A stretch of DNA of 64,000 nucleotides from Eledone cirrhosa (Eukaryota): contig OZ024745.1 of NCBI GenBank assembly GCA_964016885.1, forward strand, positions 104,098,001-104,162,000, read 5' to 3'. The notes beneath the pieces are model-generated. The model saw nothing but the letters and a program-made list of their open reading frames with translations, was not told the origin of the DNA and did no database searches. Shown here piece after piece: positions 1 to 12,623 of this stretch. Position 1 is the stretch's first letter. Every line of letters begins with the position of its first letter. Both the position numbers and the translations under genes were made by a program.

Positions 1-380
1 ATTAAGAGTTGAGAGGGCTCTTTTGTTTTATCAAAGACATGACAACTTCCCCTCTATAGAGTGCAGGAACACGTGTAAGAGAGATATATGGCCCTTTGGC
101 CAACTGAGAGGTCAATAGCTCCGATTATGTACTGATGTGGTCTGTGACAACCTCAGACCTGTCAACTCTCCCCGTCGGACGGGGAGATCTCCCACCCAGT
201 TTGGAGTGGGTGAGAGATGTCTTCTCTTGTAAAATCTCCCCATTTTGCCTCATTTCTCCTCATTTTGGGGCACTTTTTTTCATGGTACTCCCCGTTTGCG
301 TTTTTAGAGGTTGGCAGGTGTGCAACCTGTCCAATCCTTGCTAGCGGGGAGAACAGATGTTATTTGATGATGTTAATGGC

Positions 381-416
<36 letters not shown>

Positions 417-583
417 AGCAATGTAAGTGAAAGGAAACATCTATATTCAGGAATCCAGGCTTGTTGATGATATAGGGCCTTGCCAGGATCTTGTTTCTCT
501 TCTCTTCAACTAACCACTTTCTTCATATATTTCTGAGAAATGCATGCATGCGTGTTCATACCTTTCTCAAGGACATTATCAAC

Positions 584-757
584 TTGGCAGTATCGGTAGA
601 GGGTTGGACGCCACGCATAGAGTTACGGCCCTTGCCATTCTGAGTTCAAATCCCGCCGAGGTTAACTTTGCCTTTCATCCTTACGGGGGTCGATAAAATA
701 AAGTACCAGTAAAGCACTGGGTATTTGCTGGCCTTGTGTCAAATGTAGAAACAATTA
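584..757 (+). mobile_element. tRNA-derived SINE with conserved core (ctgagttcaaatcccgccgaggttaactttgcctttcatcc...gtcgataaaataaagtacc); related copies near 7950, 21430, 22440(-), 23966, 24153, 32517, 52170(-)
   Basis: A/B-box-like head plus the same core repeated many times in the window; 584-757 and 23966-24142 are highly similar. Confidence 0.75.
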
Positions 758-2877
758 TCAACATAAAGAGTAATGCTGCCAATTAGAATATGAAACTGTA
801 TCATAGAGATCTGGATTACATGGACAAGCTACCATTGTATGGAGTTCCCTACAATTGTTATATTACTAAAACTTTGACATGCAAAATAACATGCAAACGA
901 AACTCTTTTTGAATTTGTTTTTCTAAAATACTTGTTATTGTTATTTTTTTTTTCTTCTTTTTTTTTTTTTTCTCTTTTTATTAAGTATTGATTTCTCACT
1001 CTCAAATTTCTAACTGAAAAAATCAAAGAGGAAGAGAATGCATTCTCCCTGTGTGTGTGTGCGGGGGGGGGGGGGGGTATGTATGTGTATGTGCATGTGT
1101 CTGTATGCACATGTGTCTATATGTGCATGTGTACGTGTGTGAAAGTTATAAAGTCAAAGTTCATCTGCTATAGGTGAGAATTAGTGTCTCAGGTTAACTA
1201 CGGAATGCATTCTATTATTAGTATAGAATTGATTATTCTTAAAGAATGAAGATTTCACTAAAAAATAATAATAAAAAGGAATAAAAGCAAGATAGTTCAA
1301 ATTTAGTAGGTTTTTCTTTTTAGATTATTAGAACGGGATGCTTTTCACCACATTTTGGTGTAAATTTCTCAACAGTCTAATTGTAGTATTGCAATTCTTA
1401 TATTTATTTCATGACATGATTGAAGAATTGTATTGTGTTCTTTTTTTTTTTAGCGAGAGATCATTTCCAAATCAATGCATTTTCTCTCATTGGAATTGTG
1501 GTTTCTGTTTTGAAATTTTATGTCATCTTGATTCCTCACCTATTATCTTCTATAATATTAAAGAAGACATGACCACTCAGTGCACTTTGTACAGTGGTTG
1601 GTAATAGGAAGGGCATCAAGTCTTAGAAAACATTGCCAAACTAAAGGTTGGGGTGACTCAAATATGACAACTTCCCTAGTATTGGTGCCACGATAAAATG
1701 CACTCAGTGGAGTGTCGGATCATCTATCAATCAAGCTCCTTGGCCCATTTGGAGGTCAGAGGTTCTGCGTGAATACTGACTGGTCTGTAATGACATGTCC
1801 AATCCTTGCTAGCAGGGAAAACATACATGAAACTATGATGATGTTGATGATGATACCAAGGACATTTCAAAAGATTATCTCTAAAACACAATGCTTCTTC
1901 TATTTAAGAATACCTTCACCCATGATAACTGTTTTTTACAATTCTAATATTACACACTATGGTGCAGCAGAGTCCACTTTGAGAACCTTCATCATCATCA
2001 TCATCATCATTTACTGTCTATTTTTCATGCTTTACATGGGTTTGAGAGGTTGTCATGCTATGAGATGAATCAGATCAAGAGACTATGTCTTACTCATATG
2101 GATCTGTATTTTGGCTTGGTTTCTACAGCTGGATGCCCTTCCAAATGCCAACCATGTTACAGTGTGGACTGGGTGCTAGAAATACATAAACTTCACTGCT
2201 TGATATCTAATGCAAAGGTGCATATTGATGTGTGTGTATTTCATATCAACACAAATCACAACAAGGATCTCAATTAAACATGTATTGAATATATTAACCA
2301 ATTGACAACCTGTCTACAATTTATTACAATTAATTAGATATTGGGAGGACTCTTCAGTGGTGCTAAAGACATGACAACTCTAGTGTTGGTGATATACATA
2401 ATAAATGTATCTAGTATACCCTGTAAAGTTGTTGGGGATAGGAAGGGCATCCAGTCATAGAAAACCTGCCAAAACAGTATCAGAAGGACTCATCAGCTGT
2501 GTCAAGGACATGACAACTTCCCTAGTGTTGGTGCTATGATAAATTGCCATTACTAGAGCATGGGATTGTGTATGTGAGTTGTCATGGACATCACAACCTT
2601 CCTTAATGCTTGTATCATAATAAAATGCTGTTGGTAGTACATAGGATTGGATATAAGGGAGTTGTGAGCTGGTGACTTGTCTGACCAGTTGGTAGGGTGC
2701 AGGAACGTAAACAAGATGCAGGGTCCAAGCCTACCATGGGGTCAATACCTCCACTTTGAGTACTAACCCAGTCAGCTGATGACCTAAGTGGACATTAAAT
2801 GATGAGGGTGATGATGATGATAATTATAATAGTTTGCAATGTGTTGTGCTAGCACAGAAGATGGATGTTAAATGGTG

Positions 2878-3221
2878 ATATGCTTCCTGAAATTTGCCAA
2901 CACTACACCTGATATCCCCCCTCCATACACACACACACACACACATGTATATCAAGACTCATACACTGTACACTTTCCTCACATTTGTACATTATTCTAT
3001 GTACTATACATGCACCTTTGATGAGTTGTAGTGCACCTGAACACTGTACACAATAATTTCATTACTATTATTCCTCCCTCCATACACACGCGCACATGTA
3101 TATCATGGCTCAAACACTGTTCACTTTACTGACATTTGTACATTATCATATCTACTATACATACACCTTTGATCAGTTGTAGTGCACCTGAGCACTGTAC
3201 CCAATAATTTCATTATTATTG
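2878..3221 (+). mobile_element. CR1 LINE 3' end, tandemly duplicated
   Basis: Two copies of ...gatgagttgtagtgcacctgaacactgtacacaataatttcattatta, the same 3' end as the CR1 at 25130-26210. Confidence 0.7.
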
Positions 3222-5751
3222 TTCTTTGAGTCTCAGTCATTGATGTTAGTTAACTGGAAAGTTTGTTGAAATGAATATCAAGCCACTACCTCAGATATTC
3301 AGGACATATCGGAGGGTTCTTGCTGTTCCCAGCAAGCATGCCTTTTGAAGCGTTCCAAAAAGCGTGGCGGGGCCAATTTTCTTTAACCATCCCTGGAAAC
3401 TTTTTGAGATAGTTCCTAGTGCACCTATGACAATCGGGACCACTTTGACTTCATGGCAGTTCCAAATCCTTTTTACCTCCCACTTTAAGTCCTGGTATCG
3501 GTTAATTTTCTCCCTCTCCTTCTCTTGCACTCTCGTGTTGAATGGGCAGGCCACATCCACAATCAGGCACAATCTTTTTTCCTTGTCCAAAACTACCAGG
3601 TCAGGTCTATTGTGTTCCAGTTTCTTGTCCGTCTGTATCCGAAAATCCCACAGCACCTTCACCTGATCGTTTTCTATCACCGACTCTGGCTTATGCTCAT
3701 ACCACTTCTCAGAATGTGGTAAATTGTTTACTTTGCATAGGTGCCAGTGGATCACATCATGTCTCCAGCCCTTAGAGTGAGTCTGGGCTAGGTGTTTACA
3801 CTCGGATACAATGTGAGCCACAGTTTCCTCTCTCTCTCCACAGATCCTGCACAGTGGGCTAGTCTCCTCCTTGTAAATATAGTGTTTGAACCACTTCGTT
3901 TTGAGAGCCTGCTCTTGCGCAGCCATTAGCATTCCTTCTGTAGCCTTTTTAAGGTCTCCTCTTTTCAACCAGTTCCATGTCTGTGGATCTCTGAATTCAG
4001 TTTTCTCAAAGAAGGTACTATGAATGGATTTTTCATGAAGGCTGCTCTTTCTCCTTGTTGTTATTCCTCCTTGGACATCCCCTGGTCTATTGTCCTCTCC
4101 TTCAGTACAATTCTGAGCATTGGCTCCTTTCTATCAGTCACGTATTTGTGTAGGTTGTTTTTCTCCATCTGAACACAGTCCTCTATGCTGATAAGACCTC
4201 TTCCACCTTCAGATCTCCTTAAGTAGAGTCTATTGACATCACTCCTCTTGTGGAACATGTTGTAGATAGTCAATAGCTTCCTAGTCTTCCTATCCATTTC
4301 TTTTTGTTCAGCAACATTCCATCTTAGAATTCCTGCACTGTACCTAATAATAGACACAGCTCGGGAATTTACTGCACTTATGGCATTCCTACTGTTCAGA
4401 TGTGACTTTAATACGCTCCTTACTCTCCGAATGTATTCAGATCTTATCAATTCCTTCATCTTTTTGTTCTTGATGTCATCAGCCTCCAGAACACCCAAAT
4501 ACTTGTATCCTTCTTCAGTGTCAATTTCCTTTATCATCTCACCTGTTGGTACCTGGATTCCGTTGCTTCTGCTCAATTTACCCCTCTTCATCACAAGGAC
4601 TCCACACTTACTAATACCAAATTGCATACATATATCATTGCTGAAAATACGAACAGTGTCAACAAGCACATCCAATTCCTTCTCACTCTTCCTGAAGAGC
4701 TTCAGATCGTCCATGAAGAGGAGGTGATTGATGGTAAGCTCTGCCTTTCCCAACTTGTATCCTGCTCTCACTTTTCACAGTATAATAGTCAGGGGCATCA
4801 GGGCAAGGACAAACAACAGAGGGGACAGACTATCTCCCTGGAAGATGCCTCTCTTGATCTTCACGCCTCCCAAGGATTCTCCAGCTGATGTTAACTCTGT
4901 TTTCCAGGACTTCATACTTTTGCCCAACAACTGTCTGATGTTATCTGCCACCTTGAAGATCTCTAGGCTTTTGGTGATCCAAGAATGAGGCACAATGTCA
5001 AATGCCTTTTTGTAGTCTATCCATCCCATGGCAAGACCAGTGTGTCTCCTCTTGCAATTCCTCATTACCATCTTATCAATAAGTAACTGGTCCTTTGTAC
5101 CACAGGACTTCTTTCGGCATCCTTTCTGTTCGTCCGGTAACAAGTTGTTTGTGTGGAGGTGATGGTAGATTTCCTCAGACATAAGGCTTGTCAACAGTTT
5201 CCACATTACGGACAGACATGTGATAGGTCTATAGTTGGTAACATCATTACCCTTGATTCGGTCTTTCATTACCAGAACTGTGGTACCTTTTGTCAACCAC
5301 TCTGGTACCTCACCTGACATCAAGCAGTCATTGAACATGGTTGTCAGTTTCGGGTGGAGGGATGTTATATTTTTAATCCAATACCCCTGCACACCATCTG
5401 GGCCTGGTGATTTCTAGTTGGTTAGTTTTTTGGCCTGCCCCTTAAGAGTTTCAACTGTGATACTCAAATCAGTTTGTTGGTGTGCCTGTTCACTAATCCC
5501 CTTTTGTACTGTCTCAATCCACACTGCCTGGTCATTATATTTAACATCCTGCTCCCATATTCCTCTCCAGAATGTCTTCGTTTCCGCCTCAGGGATCAAG
5601 TCGTTGCCTCTTTCTTTCCCTTCAAGCTGTCCAAACAGCATCTTCTGGTTGTTGTCAAACATGCGGTTCTGTCTATACTGACTGACTCTGCTCTCGTATC
5701 GCCTAATTTTTGCACTCTTTGCTACAATGCGTTGCTTCAGTTCCTCTATGA
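3222..5751 (-). mobile_element. R4/Dong-like non-LTR retrotransposon (RT + CCHC + restriction-like endonuclease), 5'-truncated and frameshifted
   Basis: ORF pieces carry YRPITCL, WIDYKKAFD, GIFQGDSLSP, LFMDDLK, CRICGEREETVAHIVSEC and RPDLVV..IVDVACP; both ends abut (TAA)n. Confidence 0.88.
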
Positions 5752-5754
5752 TAA

Positions 5755-5799
<45 letters not shown>

Positions 5800-5801
<2 letters not shown>

Positions 5802-5993
5802 TAAATCAAAATGGGTGCAGTAAAAACCTGTTAGACCATTACTCACCAGAGTACTCAATACTTGGGGTAGTAGAGTGTGACAATGTGAAAGAGTCGGGAC
5901 CTCAATGGCTTAGACCTTGCCGTTTCAAGAGCTAGTTCGGCACTAGCTGTTGAAACGGCAAGAGCTCAGCTGTCGGTGGTCCTTACCCTTTCA
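5800..5993 (-). mobile_element. Short fold-back PLE-type end fragment with HHR 3' half (GAAAC-stem III-GTC); same family as 28660-28845
   Basis: Imperfect hairpin ~5895-5985; shares gtactcaatactt.gggtagtagagtg with ~28704; (TA)n flanks. Confidence 0.55.
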
Positions 5994-6419
5994 TATATAT
6001 ATATATATATATATATAGAGACTTTACGATACTAGTTCCAGGTTCCAGTGGAATATATATATGTATACATAGAGAGAGAAAATCAAATTTAATAGTAGGC
6101 CAGTGGTTTGAGTGTTTTAGTTTTTAGTAGTTAGTCTTTCAGGCAGATGGATTTTTTTGTTGGATGGATGCAGTCTAGAATGAGTACACTAGCCAAGTTG
6201 TATGAACAATTTTTTTTAATGTGGAACATATTATCACCACCACTGCCACTACCACTGCTGCCATCATCATCATCATCATCATCTTTACCATCATCATTGC
6301 TACAAAGCACAAGTATGTAAATTAAAATACAATTTATTGCAATTTTTTTCTGATTACTCATACATAGCATATTACATGCGTTAGTAATGAAACTGTGATG
6401 TCACTGCTCTTCATTATCA

Positions 6420-6660
6420 TCAAATTCCCTAATACTATTGCCATCATCATCATCACCACCACCATCATCATTATTATCTTTTCCTAATCCTCTTACCTCT
6501 CCCCCTCCTCCTCATCATCATCATCTCCATCATCTTTTCATAGTATGCCTCCTCTCTTTCTTCTCATCCTCCTCTTCATCATCATGATCATTGTCATCAT
6601 TATTATCTTTTCATATTCCTCCTCCTTCTTCTCACCCTCTTCCTCCTCTTCACCATCATC

Positions 6661-6694
<34 letters not shown>

Positions 6695-7495
6695 CCGTCA
6701 TCATTGCGCTCATTTTGATCACCATCATCACCATCATCACCTTCACCACCATCACCATCAGTATCTTTTCGTAGTCCTCCTTCTTCCTCCTATTCATCAT
6801 CACTACCACCATCACCGTCATCATAACCACCACCACCACCGTCATCACCACCACCACCACCATCACCACCACCACCATCACCGCCACCATCATAACCATA
6901 ACCACCACCACCACCACCACCACCATCACCACCATCACCACCACCACCATCACCGCCACCATCATAACCATAACCACCACCACCATCACCACCACCACAA
7001 TCACCGCCACCATCATAACCATAACCACCAGCACCACCATCACCACCACCACCATCACCGCCACCATCATAACCATAACCACCACCACCACCACCATTAC
7101 CACCACCACCACCATCACCACCACCACCATCACCGCCACCATCATAACCATAACCACCACCACCACCATCACCACGACCACCATCACCGCCACCATCATA
7201 ACCATAACCACCACCACCACCATCACCACCACCACTATCACCGCCACCATCATAACCATAACCACCACCACCACCACCACCATCACCACCATCACCACCA
7301 CCACCATCACCGCCACCATCATAACCATAACCACCACCACCACCACCATCACCACCACCACTATCACCGCCACCATCATCACCATAACCACCACCATAAC
7401 CACCACCACCATCACCAACACCACCACCATCATCACTACCACCACCATCACCAACACCATCACCATCATCACCACCATCATCATCATCATCCTTC
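6420..7495. repeat. (CAC/CAT)n microsatellite with ~36-bp higher-order unit
   Basis: Repeating caccatcaccgccaccatcataaccataaccaccac units. Confidence 0.95.
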
Positions 7496-8842
7496 ATAAA
7501 CAGCTGTTTAATGCACACTTTTACATCCCCATTTCCTTTCCAGTTTGTTTGGCCTTATGATATTAAGTATTCCCTTATGTATGTATATATGTATGCATGT
7601 GTGTATGTGTATGTATGTATATGTGTGTGTGTATGTATGTATGGGTGGATGTATGTATATGTGTATGTGTGTGTGTATATGCGCATGTGTGTGTGCATGT
7701 ATATATATATGTATATATGTATGCACGCGTGCGTGTGTGTGTGTATGTATGTGTGTGTATGCATGTATATATGTATGTATGCGTGCGTGTGTATGTGTGT
7801 TATTGTTGTTGCTTTCATAGTTCTTTGAATTCAACCTATAAAGAAAGTTCTGGCTTCTAACTAAGAAATAGAGCCTTATTCTTGGAATTCAGACATCAAC
7901 TATAGTATAACATTTCATGCTAAAATTTAGAAAAGTCTTGTATATATTTCGAGGTCAACTTTGCGTTCCATCCTTTCGAGGTCGATAAAAACAGTACCAG
8001 TCCAGTACTGGGGTTGATTCTTCCTCTATATCTATTTCTCGATTCTTCCTCTCTCACTTTCTATCCTTCTCTGGAAGAAATCTGCTCCTCCAGGCTTAAA
8101 ATTGCCCAAGGGAGCTACATCTCTCTTTTTTACATTGCTACACATACTCTCTCTCTCGTTCTGTTCAGACCTGGAGAGAAGATAGGCTCTGACCTGTTCT
8201 AAAAGATGCCCAACAGACACTGTATAACACTACAGCACTCCTATGACTCTGCCATGCGTTATGAGTTGTTCATCATCATCATCATCATCGTTTAATGTCC
8301 ATTTTTTTTTACACTAGCATGAGTAGGACAAACTATTCCTTTGTGAGAAATCAAGTCGGTGGATCATGTTTTGCTCACACAGAACTGATTTTGGCTTGGT
8401 TTCTACGGCTGGATACCCTTCCTAATGCCAACCACATTTACAGTGTGTGCTGGGTGTTTTTTATCGTGACACCTACATGACCACTCTACAGTGTGGACTG
8501 GGCACTTTGTATACATATATATTTAGTTATTCCTCTTAAAATATGCTCCAGCTTACTTCTACTCTACTATTGACACTTCCAACATCCCAAGAGTGATCAA
8601 AACAATCAATCTCTCTGCGTGGCACATTGGGCAAATGTTTTACTATATCCTTGGGTAGAATAATGCCTTGTTAGTAAAATTTGGTTGACAAAATCTACAG
8701 AGACCTGTTGTGCCACAACAAAAAGCACCCAGTTCACTCAGTAAGGTGGCTGGCATTAGGAAGAACATCCAATGATAGACAGACAGACTGACAGGTTGAT
8801 AGATAGATACAAAGAGAGACCTGCTGACAACCAGACAGACAA

Positions 8843-8888
<46 letters not shown>

Positions 8889-8895
<7 letters not shown>

Positions 8896-9320
8896 ATCAA
8901 AAGATGGTTAAAGGAGTTCCAAGTATTTTATTATGCGCATTTCAAAAACAGATATCATCATGAGATGATATCTGCGTTTTCATCAGATAAAATAGGGATA
9001 CATGATATGAAGGTTAAAAAACACTTGTGAATAGTGAAGTTTTAAATCAACATATGTTGATCAACATATGTTGATTTAAAACTTCACTATTCACAAGTGT
9101 TTTTTAACCTTCATATCATGTATCCCTATTTTATCTGATGAAAACGCAGATATCATCTCATGATGATATTTGTTTTTGAAATGCGCATAATAAAATACTT
9201 GGAACTCTTTTAACCATCTTTTGATCTTATATTATTTATACTCCAGTCCTACAAGCTGTAGAGTGCTACTTATCCGATATTTGCATTGCTTTATTGTGCT
9301 ACAATAAAACTCACCTCCTA
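8889..9320 (+). mobile_element. Palindromic (172-bp arms, axis 9060/9061) HHR-bearing PLE-type insertion with unique tail, in (TA)n
   Basis: 8889-9060 is the reverse complement of 9061-9232 (about 2 mismatches seen); tail 9233-9320. Confidence 0.85.
9127..9197 (+). ncRNA. Type I hammerhead ribozyme (mirror copy 8924-8994, - strand)
   Basis: tattttat-CTGATGA-long stem II-GAAA-TGCGCA-TA^-ataaaata: 8-bp stem I and palindromic stem III, typical of PLE minimal/dimeric HHRs. Confidence 0.85.
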
Positions 9321-9321
9321 C

Positions 9322-9356
<35 letters not shown>

Positions 9357-9764
9357 GATATAGATATATAGATAAATACACTGAAAGATGGGTGGTGGTT
9401 AAACAGAAATGAAAGAGGGAACAGTATTTGACAGGGAATCAAACTTTGTTTAGGAAAACATCTTGTACATTCAATACAGATCAAAACAGTGACCAAAACA
9501 TATCACCATCATCGTCATTATCATCGACGTCATCATCATCATCATCATCAACATTGTTGTCATTATGGTCAGTATCACAGTTTAATGTCTATTTTCTATG
9601 ATTACATAGGTTTGACAGGCTGTCACATTCTGAGACCAGACAGGTCTGGTGACAAGTTCTTGTTCATATCCTTTGCTGTCAGGTTTGTTATGATTGGATA
9701 CCTATTCTAAAGCCAACCATCTTACAGTGTGTACAGGAAGTGTGCATGCATGTATATGTATATA

Positions 9765-10159
9765 TCATCATCATCATCACTGTTTTACGTCCGTTCTTCC
9801 ATGCTAGCATGGGTTAGACGGGTTGTCCTGTTGTGGGCAGTGTCTGGTCGGCTGACCATGCCTTCCTCATACAGGAACTGATTCTGGCTTGATTTCTACA
9901 GCTGGATGCCCTTCCTAACACCAACCTCATTTACAGTGAGTGCTGGGTACTTTTTTTGCCGTGGCGCCTCCACGAGCACTTTGCAGTGGAATGATAGGGA
10001 CCTCAGTCCCTATCATCTCATTTCTACAGCTGAGTAAACTGGAGCAATGTGAAATAAAGTGTCTTGCTCAAGGAAACAACACATCACCCTTTCTGAGAAT
10101 TGAACTCACAACCTTTCGATTGAAAGGCCAATGCTCTAACCGCTAAGCCATGTGCCTCC

Positions 10160-10160
<1 letters not shown>
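9765..10160 (-). mobile_element. CORE-type SINE with RTE-derived 3' tail; related copies ~37650-37975(-), 48383-48722(+), 53540-53917(+), related heads at 33078, 34085, 37120
   Basis: tRNA-like head, tccttgagcaagacacttt core, tail ...ggaagggcatccagctgtagaa...(GAT)n shared with RTE 3' ends. Confidence 0.8.
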
Positions 10161-10219
<59 letters not shown>

Positions 10220-10447
10220 CGTGTGTGTGTGTATATATGGAGGTGCCACGGATAAAAAGCACCCAGCACTCACTGTAAATGAGGTTGGTGTTAGGAAGGG
10301 CATCCAGCTGTAGAAATCAAGCCAAAATTAGTTTCTGTATGAGCAAGGCATGGTCAGCCGACCAGACACTGCCCACAACAGGACAACCCGTCTAACCCAT
10401 GCTAGCGTGAAAGAACGGACGTAAAACGGTGATGATGATGATGATAA

Positions 10448-10488
<41 letters not shown>

Positions 10489-10490
10489 TA

Positions 10491-10797
10491 ATAATACAAG
10501 GATGATTTGTTAAGCCTTCATTACGTTTATTGACTGGTGATGCGCATTTCGCTATTGATCAGCTCATCAGACGAGCTTTTGATTCCAGAGTCAGGCCAGA
10601 TCTATACAGATCAAACCTTGAGCTGATCAATAGCGAAATGCATGTCACCAATCAATAAACATAATGAAGGCTTAACAAATCGTCCTTGTATTATCATATT
10701 ACACTCTGGTTAGCTCTACACCTCACCACTGACGTGAACCTAAACATCGGGTGCTCACCTGGGTGAACCTACAGTAACTTCACGTTACATTCTGGAT
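10491..10797 (+). mobile_element. Fold-back HHR-bearing PLE-type fragment (arms 10491-10566 / 10619-10694 plus tail), in (TA)n
   Basis: Inverted arms visible. Minus strand 10534-10575 reads CTGATGA-gct gatcaat agc-GAAA-TGCGCA-TC. Same family as 28850-29018. Confidence 0.75.
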
Positions 10798-10817
10798 ATA
10801 TATATATATATATATAT

Positions 10818-11370
10818 AGCATAAATGAATTGAGAGAGAGTCTGAGCATAAGAGGAATCAAATGCTGTGTGCAGGAGAGGCGGTTGCGTTGGTATGGACA
10901 TGTGATGCGTATGAAGGATGACAGCTGCATAAAGAGGTGCAGAGCACTAGAAGTCAATGGAAACCGCGGAGTGGGGAGACCCAAGAAGACCTGGGATGAG
11001 GTGATAAAAGCCGACCTTACCCAATTACACCTCTCAAAGGCTTTGTATGACACACGACCGTGACCTCTGGCGTCACGCAGTAATACAGAGTACCCGACCT
11101 CCCATGGGTACAAGCTGAAGCATATAGACAATATGCCCCCACACCCTACCACTGCAAGGTGGTCGTGGAGGTGCCACGGCAAAAAAGCACCCAGCCCACA
11201 CTGTAAAGTGGACGTGTAGGCGCCACGGGAAAAGCACCCAGCACTCACTGTAAATGAGGTTGGTGTTAGGAAGGGCATCCAGCTGTAGAAATCAAGCCAG
11301 CATCAGTTCCCGTCCCACCCTTGCAAGCAGGGAAAAAGCGGCCGTAAAATGAAATGATGATGATGATGAT
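10818..11370 (+). mobile_element. RTE LINE 3' fragment (similar copy 30848-31340)
   Basis: RRLRWYGHVMRM...RGVGRPKKTW motif, 3' UTR and (GAT)n tail. Confidence 0.85.
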
Positions 11371-11782
11371 ATATATATACACATACATATGCATGCACAC
11401 ACACATATGTACTATTTCAACTCTATCTACTGGTCACCTGCCCTAGTACATTTACATTAGCTGGAATAATAGTTGTTGGTGTTTCATGTCTTAATTAAGG
11501 AAAGTAAACATAATAGGTGGCCAGTGTGTCTGCTAGGACTAATAAGAATGTCAAGTAGGTCACAGACTAATTTCAGGTCTGTCCCACCAACATCTACTCT
11601 CAGAGGCATCAGGCTTTTGTTCTCAACTTAGTCACCTGCTCTTCATCTGAGAGCATTGTCTAACTTTCGCTCTCTCTCTCTCTCTTCCTTTGTCTCTTCC
11701 TTACTTTCTTTCTCCCCCCCCCCTATCTGTATATTCCTATCTGTCTATATCTATAACTCTCTCTCTCTCTCTCTCTCTCTCT

Positions 11783-11784
<2 letters not shown>

Positions 11785-11823
<39 letters not shown>

Positions 11824-11880
11824 GTTTCTGACCCTCCCAAAGTATAACAATATATATATATGTATATGTATATATATATG

Positions 11881-11974
<94 letters not shown>

Positions 11975-12051
11975 TATATACATATATATATACATATATA
12001 TACATATATATACATATATATATATACATATATATACATATATATATATAC

Positions 12052-12090
<39 letters not shown>

Positions 12091-12112
12091 CATATATATA
12101 CATATATATATG
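11785..12112. repeat. (TA)n microsatellite, left flank of the PLE
   Basis: Direct observation. Confidence 0.95.
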
Positions 12113-12623
12113 TATATTTGGGGAGGGTCATATTTGCGTAATATTGCCAGAATTAATAACAGAACACACTCACTGTTTGGTTGGTTTTCGCTTCTCGCTG
12201 TCTTTTATATATATATATCTGCGATCTAACTTACTCGGTCCTCAATGTTGCCATTGACTGACCGGCGGTCAAAAATAATACAGATACAATATAGACAAAC
12301 ACATATATATATAGTTTACATAAATCTTTCGTTGCACATCTGCAACATCGTCAGTGGTGTTATATTCATTGTTCCTCCTGTTGTGTTGTATGTCTACGCC
12401 ATTTTTTTTTTTTGTTCAGTCTGTCTATATATTTATTTATTTATTTGCTTGTTTGTTTATCTTATTTTATTTTGTCTTCTTTGCGCATGCGTTTGCGTGT
12501 GTGTATAGTGTGATGTGTGACTAGTGTGTATCGTGTTGTGTCTGCTGGGTGACTAGTGTGTGTTTATGTGCTTGTGTATGTATTTATTTATCTTATTTTA
12601 TTTAATTTAATTTACTTATTTAT

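Noticed and set aside
584-660. tRNA genes at SINE heads
   Set aside because: A/B-box-like only, no cloverleaf, and always attached to SINE cores.
6591-7518. 300-aa poly-His ORF and antisense Gly/Tyr/Asp-rich ORF resembling a structural (beak/cuticle-like) protein
   Set aside because: Open frames are expected from a CAC/CAT repeat; no signal peptide, splice context or unique domain.
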